The position numbers and the translations under genes were made by a program. This document shows positions 13,187 to 23,613 of a stretch of 64,000 nucleotides of DNA, in pieces (the first letter of the stretch is position 1; each line of letters opens with the position of its first letter). Source of the stretch: Macrostomum hystrix (Eukaryota; Animalia; Platyhelminthes); NCBI GenBank assembly GCA_950097015.1, contig CATNEN010000007.1, positions 9,858,001 through 9,922,000 on the forward strand, written 5' to 3'. Under the pieces are notes generated by a model. It did no database searches, was not told the DNA's origin, and was given only the letters and a program-made list of their open reading frames with translations.

Positions 13187-14515
13187 AGATGAGGCGATGG
13201 GAGATGTGGCGACGGGAGATGAGGCAATGGGAGTTTAGGCGATGAGAGATAAGGCGATGGGAGATGAGGCGATGGGAGATGAGGCGATGGGAGATGAGGC
13301 GATGAAAGATGAGGCGATGGGAGATCAGGCGACGGGAGATGAGGGGATAGGAGATCAGGCGATGGGAGATGAGGCGATGGGAGATCAGGCGACGGGAGAT
13401 AAGGGGATGGGAGATCAGGCGATGGGAGATTAGGCGACGGGAGATGAGGGGATGGGAGATCAAGCGATGGGAGATCAGGCAATGGTAGATGAGGCGATGA
13501 AAGATGAGGCGATGGGAGATCAGGCGACGGGAGATGAGGGGATGGGAGATCAGGCGATGGGAGATCAGGTGATGGGAGATCAGGCGATGGGAGATGTGGC
13601 GACGGGAGATGAGGTGATGGGTGATCAGGTGAAGGGAGATTAGGCGACGGGAGATGAGGGGATGGGAGATCAGGCGATGGGAGATCAGGCGATAGGAGAT
13701 TAGGCGATGGGAGATCAGGCGATAGGAGATGAGGCGATGGGAGATGAGGCGATGGGAGATCAGGCAATGGGAGATGAGGCGATGCGAAATCAGGCGATGG
13801 CGATGGGAGATGTGGCGATGGGAGATGAGGCGATGGGAGATGAGGCGATGGGAGACGAGGCGATGGGAGATGAGGCGATGGGAGATGAGGCGATGGGAGA
13901 TCAGGCGATAGGAGATGAGGCGATGGGAGATGAGGCGATGGGAGATCAGGCGATGAGAGATCAGGCGATGGGAGATGAGGCGATGGGAGATGAGGCAATG
14001 GGAGATGAGGCGATGGGAGATGAGGCGATGGGAGATTAGGCGATGGGAGATCAGGCGACGGGAGATGAGGCGATGGGAGATCAGGCGATGGGAGATCAGG
14101 CGATGGGAGATGAGGCGATGGGAGATGTGGCGACGGGAGATGAGGTGATGGGTGATCAGGTGAAGGGAGATGAGGCGATGGGAGATGAGGCGATGGGAGA
14201 TGAGGCGATGGGAGATCAGGCGATGGGAGATGAGGCGATGGGAGATGAGGCGATGGGAGATTAGGCGATGGGAGATCAGGCGACGGGAGATGAGGCGATG
14301 GGAGATTAGGCGATGGGAGATCAGGCGACGGGAGATGAGGCGATGGGAGATCAGGCGATGGGAGATCAGGCGATGGGAGATGAGGCGATGGGAGATGAGG
14401 CAATGAGAGATGAGGCGATGGGAGATGAGGCGATGGGAGATGAGGCGACGGGAGATGAGGCGATGGGAGATCAGGCGATGCGAGATTTGGCGACGGGAGA
14501 TGAGGCAATGGGAGT
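13187..14515. repeat. 15-bp minisatellite (GGGAGATGAGGCGAT)n
   Basis: Direct tandem repeat; source of the MGDEA/PSPHL/RLISH artefact ORFs. Confidence 0.95.
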
Positions 14516-15677
14516 TCTCTCCCCTAACTTCCTCCGGAGGAGGAATTCCGCTCGTAAATATACTAAAATTCACGTGTTGTTTGTCTGTCTGTCTGTCTGT
14601 CTGTTGGTTATCTCCTCCTAGAATACTGACAAGTCAACTTTGAAACTTATATGGGAAAATTGGAAATTTTCCTGGTCAGGCTATAGGCTGTTTTAATTCT
14701 GAAATTTCAAATTCTAAGATCCTCAAAAAAGCAGAAAAATGATTTCGTAACCTTCTCTGGACACTTTTTTCTTTTGAGCTGAGAAAACTGGAGTCGGTAA
14801 AAGTGGTTGCGCTATCATTTCGGCCTATCTGTTCAGTGTATTTTCTCTCCAGTGGAGGGTTGGCAGTCGGTTTGAAAATGGGGCGGAGAGGAGGCCGTAC
14901 GCACATTCTAACTGCCTCTGTGTATTGGCGGAGAGAGGGTGCCGCGAGTTATTTCTATTGAGGGGTCTGATTTGTTCAATATTGAAGTGCGTACAATGGG
15001 CAGGGCAGAGTTGGCTGGGTTAAAATTCAATTTATAAAATTAGCGGGCCTCTCAGTGTAGGCGGAGAAGAATGTGCTTACTAAACTGGCTGCCCTTTGCA
15101 GAAATTTCAACTGAGAATTATTATTTTGCTTTTTTAAGATTTGTGGATAAAATTTGTACTGCTGGAGAGAACTTGAAGTTCTAAATCCAGAGATATAAAT
15201 TTCATTGCTGAATTCCGAAAATTGGGGATGCCAAGGGCAAATAAAGTTTTTATACTTTTGCAATGCTTTCAGCTGAGTGTACAGTGTCTCGGCGAGATTG
15301 CTAAGGAGAGAGAATTCGCCACAATACAGTTTCACACATTCCTATTCTCGAAGGCGGGCTGTTGAATTTTATTTATTGAAATTCGCACCTCTGACTGAGC
15401 GGGGCCCGGAGAACTGGCTGTCGTCAATATTAATGGCTCGGACTTCATCTGTTTTAACGGGTGGGGTTTAATTTAAAGTTGATGGAGTTCGCGCGATATG
15501 ATTTCTAGCCCCTCAATCTTATCCGAAAGTTGTCGTCTATTTTAATTCTGAAGATTCTGGGCATGGTAGCTAAAGAAAAATGGGTCAATTTTGAATTGTT
15601 TTCAACAGTTTAGTCGGACAAAAGGCGGTTTACGCACATTGCTACTTCCAGACATCATTGGGTGAGGAGTTTTTGGT

Positions 15678-17375
15678 TAGATGAGGCGATGGGAGATGTG
15701 GCGACGGGAGATGAGGCAATGGGAGTTTAGGCGACGGGAGATGAGGGGATGGGAGATGAGGGGATAGGAGATCAGGCGATGGGAGATGAGGCGATGGGAG
15801 ATCAGGCGACGGGAGATGAGGGGATGGGAGATCAGGCGACGGGAGATGAGGGGATGGGAGATCAGGCGATGGGAGATTAGGCGACGGGAGATGAGGGGAT
15901 GGGAGATCAGGCGATGGGAGATCAGGCGATGGGAGATCAGGCGATGGGAGATCAGGCGATGGGAGATCAGGCGATGGGAGATGTGGCGACGGGAGATGAG
16001 GTGATGGGTGATCAGGTGAAGGGAGATGAGGCGATGGGAGATAAGGCGATGGGAGATGAGGCGATGGGAGATGAGGCAATAGGAGATGAGGCGATGGGAC
16101 ATCAGGCGATAGGAGATGAGGCGATGGGAGATGAGGCGATGGGAGATGAGACGGTGGGAGATCAGGCGGGGGAAGATCAGGCGATGGGAGATCAGGCGAT
16201 GGGAGATCAGGCGATGGGAGATCGGGCGATGGGAGATGAGGCGATGGGAGATCAGGCGATGGGAGATGAGGGGATGGGAGATCAGGCGATAGGAGATGAG
16301 GCGATGGGAGATGAGGTGATGGGAGATGAGACGGTGGGAGATCAGGCGGGGGAAGATCAGGCGATGGGAGATCAGGCGATGGGAGATGAGGCGATGGGAG
16401 ATTAGGCGATGGGAGATCAGGCGATAGGAGATGAGGCGATGGGAGATGAGACGATGGGAGATGATGCGATGGGAGATTAGGCGATGGGAGATGAGGTGAT
16501 GGGTGATCAGGTGATGGGAGATGAGGCGATGGGAGATGAGGCGATGGGAGATGAAGCGATGGGAGATGAGGCGATGGGAGATCAGGCGATGGGAGATCAG
16601 GCGATAGGAGATGAGGCGATGGGAGATGAGACGATGGGAGATGATGCGATGGGAGATTAGGCGATGGGAGATGAGGGGATGGGAGATCAGGCGATGGGAG
16701 ATCAGGCGATGGGAGATCAGGCGATGGGAGATCAGGCGATGGGAGATGTGGCGACGGGAGATGAGGTGATGGGTGATCAGGTGAAGGGAGATGAGGCGAT
16801 GGGAGATAAGGCGATGGGAGATGAGGCGATGGGAGATGAGGCAATAGGAGATGAGGCGATGGGACATCAGGCGATAGGAGATGAGGCGATGGGAGATGAG
16901 GCGATGGGAGATGAGACGGTGGGAGATCAGGCGGGGGAAGATCAGGCGATGGGAGATCAGGCGATGGGAGATCAGGCGATGGGAGATCGGGCGATGGGAG
17001 ATGAGGCGATGGGAGATCAGGCGATAGGAGATGACGCGATGGGAGATCAGGCGACGGGAGATGAGGGGATGGGAGATCAGGCGATGGGAGATTAGGCGAT
17101 GGGAGATGAGGCGATGGGAGATTAGGCGATGGGAGATCAGGCGATTGGAGATGAGGCGATGGGAGATCAGGCGATGGGAGATGAGGCGATGGGAGATCAG
17201 GCGATAGGAGATCAGGCGATGGGAGATCAGGCGATGGGAGATTAAGCGATGGGAGATGAGGCGATGGGAGATTAGGCGATAGGAGATTAGGCGATGGGAG
17301 ATGAGGCGATTGGAGATGAGACGGTGGGAGATCAGGCGGGGGAAGATCAGGCGATTGGAGATCAGGCGATGGGAG
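15678..17375. repeat. 15-bp minisatellite (GGGAGATGAGGCGAT)n
   Basis: Direct tandem repeat with higher-order duplicated variant blocks. Confidence 0.95.
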
Positions 17376-17441
17376 TTCTCTCCCCTCAACCTCCTCCGGA
17401 GGAGGAGTTTAGCTCGTCTAAATATACTAAAATTCACGTGT

Positions 17442-17472
<31 letters not shown>

Positions 17473-18051
17473 TGGTTATCTCCTCCTAGAATACTGGCAA
17501 GTCAACTTTGAAACTTATATGGGAAAATGGGAAATTTTCCTGGTCAGGCTATAGGCTATTTTAATTCTGAAATTTCAAATTCTAAGATCCTCAAAAAAGC
17601 AGAAAAATGATTTCGTAACCTTCTCTGGACACTTTTTTCTTTTGAGCTGAGAAAACTGGAGTCGGTTAAAGTGGTTGCGCAATCATTTCGGCCTATCTGT
17701 TTAGTGTATTTTCTCTCCAGTGGAGGGTTGGCAGTCGGTTTGAAAATGGGGCGGAGAGGTGGCCGTACGCACATTCTAACTGTCCCTGTGTATTGGCGGA
17801 GAGAGGGTGCCGCGAGTTATTTCTATTGAGGGGTCTGATTTGTTCAATATTGAAGTGCGTACAATGGGCTGGGGCGGAGTTGGTGGGGTTAAAATTCTAT
17901 TAATAAACTTGGCGGGCCTCTCACTGTAGGCGGAGAAGAATGTGCTTGCTAAACTGGCTGCCCTATGCGCTAAAGGCAATGAAATTTCAACTGTGAATTG
18001 TCCTTTTGCTTTTTAACATTTGTGGATAAAATTTGTACTGCTAGAAAGAAC

Positions 18052-18785
18052 TGAGGCGATCAGAGATCAGGGGATGGGAGATGAGGCGATGGGAAATTAG
18101 GCGATAGGAGATCAGGCAGCAGGAGCTCTGGCGATGGGAGATGAGGCGATGGGAGATGAGGCGATGGGAGATGAGGGGATGGGAGATGAGGGGATGGGAG
18201 ATGAGGGGATGGGAGATGAGGCGATGGGAGATGAGGCGATGGGAGATGAGGGGATGGGAGATGAGGGGATGGGAGATGAGGGGATGGGAGATGAGGGGAT
18301 GGGAGATCAGGCGATGGGAGATCTGGCGATGGGAGATGAGGCGATGGGAGATGAGGCGATGGGAGATGAGGGGATGGGAGATGAGGGGATGGGAGATGAG
18401 GGGATGGGAGATGAGGCGATGGGAGATGAGGCGATGGGAGATGAGGGGATGGGAGATGAGGGGATGGGAGATGAGGCGATGGGAGATGAGGCGATGGGAG
18501 ATCAGGCGATGGGAGATTAGGCGATGGGAGATGAGGGGATGGGAGATGAGGCGATGGGAGATGAGGCGATGGGAGATGAGGCGATGGGAGATCAGGCGAT
18601 GGGAGATGTGGCGACGGGAGATGAGGCAATGGGAGATTAGGCGATGGGAGATCAGTCAATGGGAGATCTGGCGATGGGAGATCAGGCGATAGGAGATGAG
18701 GCGATGGGAGATGAGGCGATGGGAGATGAGACGGTGGGAGATCAGGCGGGGGAAGATCAGGCGATTGGAGATCAGGCGATGGGAG
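18052..18785. repeat. 15-bp minisatellite (GGGAGATGAGGCGAT)n
   Basis: Direct tandem repeat. Confidence 0.95.
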
Positions 18786-20314
18786 TTCTCTCCCCTCAAC
18801 CTCCTCCGGAGGAGGAGTTTAGCTCGTACTATACTAAATGTCTAAGATCTGTCCATCTGAAATGCTCTAGCGATTGAATGGCTAGACCATTTTTTTTCCT
18901 GTTTTCACCAAAAAGTGCCAATTCATCCAAGGATTAGACTGATCAAATTTCATCATTCTGTCTCAATTTCAAGGGTATTATCCAACTATACTAAATCTCT
19001 AAAGTCTGTCTGTCTGTCTGTCTGTCTGTCTGTGGAATTTCGATACACAGGCTAAATGCCTCAACCAAATTTGATCGCGTTTTTTGCTAAACATGCCAAA
19101 TTTTACTGGCATGAGACCTTGAAAATTTCGTTAGTCTGCTTCAATGCTAAAAATATTAAATATTCGAAATACGAGTTTTCCTTTTGCTTTTAATAGGAGG
19201 CCAAACAAGGTTAAATTAGAATAGGGCCGGACACTGTCAGTTTTATTAGATTGCATCGGTGCTTTTTCTCGCCCGCGCGTGCATTGGTATAGCACAGAAC
19301 AGGGCCCGATACTCTCAATTGAATAGGATTGCGTCACTGCTTTTCGACCCCTACGTACGTTTATAAATTTGTCTCTTGGCTGATCGAGTGATTTGATTTG
19401 AATACGCAAAACGTACATAGCAGATTTCATGATTGGGCTTTTATGATGCTCAATGCTAGCGAGACCTCTCCTCCTCCTTTCTATCCATAAAACTGCAGCC
19501 TTTCTATTGTCAAACCTTGTCTCGACTTCGATCATTGTGCCGCTTTCTTTTCATCTAGCTCCGAAGTAAAGTACTTTAATGCTTTTGTAGAATGCAGGTA
19601 GAATTTCAGCATCGGTTTTGTTACTGCTTCTTTTTCTTCTAATCTTCTAAACATCAGCAGTTAAAAACGTAAGTTCCTATTTATTAGTACTTTTTGGGCA
19701 TTTTTGGTTCGAGTATAAATAGTAAGCGATTTTGGTTAGCTACTGTCGAAGCAGATATTTGTTAGCTTTATTATTCCTGTACTTCCTTTCAGAAAATAGT
19801 ATAAGTTTTTTCGAGTATCGGGAATTCGATAATAAAACTAAGGAAATATTTTTGTGCATAGCTGCAGGCGATATCATAATTGAGAACTGCAAGAAAAAAA
19901 TATTGAGCGCAGCTAAGAGCGTAAATTATTTCAAATTTTTTTAGCATTGTTTTAAGCGTTATTCGATAAAAAAAAGCTTATTTAATAATAATAATTATAA
20001 AACTTTATTCGACGAACACTGATCGAAACCGTTTTCTAAAGTGCTCAACGATTTTCTAAATGTGTCCAACGATTTTCTAAATGTGTTTAACAGTTTTCTA
20101 AATGTATCTACCGTGCCACATGTAACAGGAGATGTAACAGGAGATATTTGTTGCCTTCTGGGCTGAGTAAAACGATGGACACATCGTTTCTATGCTATTT
20201 GGGGGCAATGGTTTCCTGTCAAAGAAAAGGGCAAACATTTCTTGCTGCGAGTTTGGTAGCCTGCAAGTAGCCTCCATTCTGGTATTATGGAGGTTCTCTT
20301 CTGTTTGGAGAACA

Positions 20315-21478
20315 TTAGTTCTCTGCTGCTGGGGGAATTAGTTCTCTGCTGCTGGGGGAATTAGTTCTCTGCTGCTGGGGGAATTAGTTCTCTGCTGCTG
20401 GGGGAATTAGTTCTCTGCTGCTGGGGGAATTAGTTCTCTGCTGCTGGGGGAATTAGTTCTCTGCTGCTGGGGGAATTAGTTCTCTGCTGCTGGGGGAATT
20501 AGTTCTCTGCTGCTGGGGGAATTAGTTCTCTGCTGCTGGGGGAATTAGTTCTCTGCTGCTGGGGGAATTAGTTCTCTGCTGCTGGGGGGAATTAGTTCTC
20601 TGCTGCTGAGGGGAATTAGTTCTCTGCTGCTGGGGGGAATTAGTTCTCTGCTGCTGAGGGGAATTAGTTCTCTGCTGCTGGGGGGAATTAGTTCTCTGCT
20701 GCTGGGGGAATTAGTTCTCTGCTGCTGGGGGAATTAGTTCTCTGCTGCTGGGGGAATTAGTTCTCTGCTGCTGGGGGAATTAGTTCTCTGCTGCTGGGGG
20801 GAATTAGTTCTCTGCTGCTGAGGGGAATTAGTTCTCTGCTGCTGGGGGGAATTAGTTCTCTGCTGCTGAGGGGAATTAGTTCTCTGCTGCTGGGGGGAAT
20901 TAGTTCTCTGCTGCTGAGGGGAATTAGTTCTCTGCTGCTGGGGGGAATTAGTTCTCTGCTGCTGGGGGGAATTAGTTCTCTGCTGCTGAGGGGAATTAGT
21001 TCTCTGCTGCTGGGGGGAATTAGTTCTCTGCTGCTGGGGGGAATTAGTTCTCTGCTGCTGAGGGGAATTAGTTCTCTGCTGCTGGGGGGAATTAGTTCTC
21101 TGCTGCTGGGGGAATTAGTTCTCTGCTGCTAGGGGGAATTAGTTCTCTGCTGCTGAGGGGAATTAGTTCTCTGCTGCAGGGGGGAATTAGTTCTCTGCTG
21201 CTGGGGGAATTAGTTCTCTGCTGCTGTGGGAATTAGTTCTCTGCTGCTGGGGGGAATTAGTTCTCTGCTGCTGGGGGAATTAGTTCTCTGCTGCTAGGGG
21301 GAATTAGTTCTCTGCTGCTGAGGGGAATTAGTTCTCTGCTGCAGGGGGGAATTAGTTCTCTGCTGCTGGGGGAATTAGTTCTCTGCTGCTGTGGGAATTA
21401 GTTCTCTGCTGCTGGGGGGAATTAGTTCTCTGCTGCTGGGGGGAATTAGTTCTCTGCTGCTGGGGGAATTAGTTCTCA
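20315..21478. repeat. 23-24 bp minisatellite (GGGGGAATTAGTTCTCTGCTGCT)n
   Basis: Direct tandem repeat. Confidence 0.95.
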
Positions 21479-21479
21479 T

Positions 21480-22705
21480 AGCAAAACCAGCGTTTGAATC
21501 ATGGCTAAACCAGCGTTTGAATCATGGCCAACCAGCGTCTGAATCATGGCTAAACCAGAGTTTGAATCATGGCTAAACCAGCGTTTGAATCATGGCCAAC
21601 CAGCGTCTGAATCATGGCTAAAGCAGAGTTTGAATCATGGCAAAATCAGACTTTAAATCATGGCAAAACCAGAGTTTGAATCATAGCTAAATCGGAACTG
21701 GGGGATAATCATCAACTGTGGGATAATTGTAAACTGGGGAATCATCATCAAATGGGGGATCATGGTCAACTGGGGATCATTGTCAAATGCGGATCATCAT
21801 CATTTGGGAGTCAACTGGGGATCATTGTCAAATGCGGATCATCATCATTTGGGAGTCATCATCAAATGGGGGATCATGGTCAACTGGGAGATCATTGTCA
21901 ACTGGGTGATCATCATCAACTGGGGGATCATTGTCAACTAGGGGGTAATGGCCAACTGGGGTAACATTGTCAACTGGGGATCATCATCAATGGGGGATCA
22001 TAGTCAACTGGGAGATAATTGTCAACTGGGTGATCATCATCAACTGGGGGATCATTGTCAACTGGGGGATCGTTGTCAATTGGAGGTTCATTGTCAACTG
22101 TGGGATCATTGTAAACTGGGGGATCAATGTCAACTGGGGGATCATTGTCAACTGGGTGATCATCATCAACTGGGGGATCATCATCATGTGGGGGATCATT
22201 GTGAACTAGGGGATCATTGTCAACTGGGGGATCATTGTCAACTGTGGGATCATTGTCAACTGGTTGATCATCATCAACTGGGGGATCATTGTCAACTGGG
22301 GGATCGTTGTCAATTGGAGGTTAATTGTCAACTGTGGGATCATTGTCAACTGTGGGATCATTGTCAACTGTGGGATCATTGTCAACTGGGGGATCATTGT
22401 CAACTGGGGGATAATTGTCAACTGGGGGATGATTGTCAACTGGGGGATCATTGTCAACTGAGGGGATCATTGTCAACTGGGGGATCATTGTCAACTGGGG
22501 ATCATCATCAATGGGGAGTCATCATCAACTGGGGGATCCTTGTCAACTGGGGGTTCATTGTCAACTAGGGGATCTTTGTCAACTGGGGGATCATTGTCAA
22601 CTGGGTGATCATCATCAATTAGGGATCATTGTCAACTGGGGAATCATTGTCAACTGGGGGATCATTGTCAACTGGTTGATCATTGTCAACTGGGGGATCA
22701 TTGTA
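21480..22705. repeat. Short 23-bp (GAATCATGGCTAAACCAG..) array followed by a degenerate 18-bp (GGGGGATCATTGTCAACT) array
   Basis: Same units as in the 5037-9298 element, but more diverged. Confidence 0.9.
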
Positions 22706-22984
22706 GCTTTAAAAAGATGTAAATTCAGCTGCTAAAAAGTATATACAAGACGAATTAAAAATATTTCTGCTCCCCGAAGGGGGGCAAAACTTGCTAGTTA
22801 TCAGTCTATTGCCAGCACTGTTCGCTGAGTGCTGGCAATTTGAGAAAGTGAATGCTGAGTCTACCTGCTCGTAGAGGCCGCGAGGCAAAGCCAGCAGGTC
22901 CTTCTCGGAACACAAAATTTTACTGTAGAAAAACTACCAGTTCATTATGAAGTGTATATTTACTATCAACGACAGAACGACAGA

Positions 22985-23260
22985 ACAATAATCTCTAACC
23001 CAGAACAAAGGCGCACAATGTCCGATTTCGTCTAGGAAACCACAAATTGGCCTGTGAGACATTGCGCACTGTAAGGCCGAAAATCGCTTATGAAAACAGA
23101 ACATGTCCAAAATGTAGAGTCGAGCTAGAGAACGAAACTTATATGCTGTTTAGATGCGATTGGTCTGTTTATGTTCCAATTAGAAATAAATTCATAGAGA
23201 AAGTGAATTTCAAAGAAACTGAGAGAATTTCAGTTTCGCTCCAGAAAGTAGCGAAGTGAT
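22985..23260 (+). mobile_element. Degenerate 3' fragment of a non-LTR retrotransposon ORF2
   Basis: Translates to RFRLGNHKLACETLR...RTCPKCRVELENETYMLFRC, the RFRxxNHxL..CxxC..E.E(H)..C motif typical of LINE RT C-termini. Confidence 0.6.
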
Positions 23261-23613
23261 TTCAGTGATTTCAGTCACAGTTTTGATTTTCTCTTTAAAT
23301 TTAAACATTTCATTTTTTGTTTTGTTGCCTTCGTCTATTTTAAATATTTGCTTATTTAAAAAAATTTCATCTAAAATTAATCTTATGCATGCCGCTGTTT
23401 TTCTATCGCCTCGAACATCAAATAAACAAAAAAATCAGCACCCAATCTGCGTGCACACCTCAATAAATAAAAAAATATAAATAATAATAATAATAATAAT
23501 AAAATAATAATAATAATATCAACGACGCAGCTTCGATTAAATAATGCTCTGGTGTTCAACATTTATTTAATATGATATTCCCTGTGTTTCTGCGTTCGTA
23601 TTCAAAAAAGTTT

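Larger units (their letters stand above)
12049..18826 (+). mobile_element. Three head-to-tail copies of a second Helitron-like family (12049-14554, 14555-17416, 17417-18826) ending in CTCG
   Basis: 5' (TC)TAAATATACTAA..TTCACGTG plus (GTCT)n; 3' hairpin CCTCC-GGAGG (CTCCTCCGGAGGAG in copies 2 and 3) then CTCG|T. The third copy has an internal deletion at ~18055. Confidence 0.7.
18981..22797 (+). mobile_element. Third Helitron-like family with canonical A|TC ... CTAG|T boundaries, carrying four minisatellite modules
   Basis: A(18980)|TCCAACTATACTAAATC plus (GTCT)n; CCCCGAAGGGG hairpin; CTAG at 22794-22797 followed by T. A short related 5' fragment lies at 18827-18980. Confidence 0.75.

Noticed and set aside
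8-22735. Long repetitive ORFs (FTSILNV, GDHCQL, PSPHL, RLISH, MGDEA, etc.)
   Set aside because: Artefacts of minisatellites with unit lengths divisible by 3 inside Helitron-like elements; frameshifting G-run variation, no splice context and no domains.
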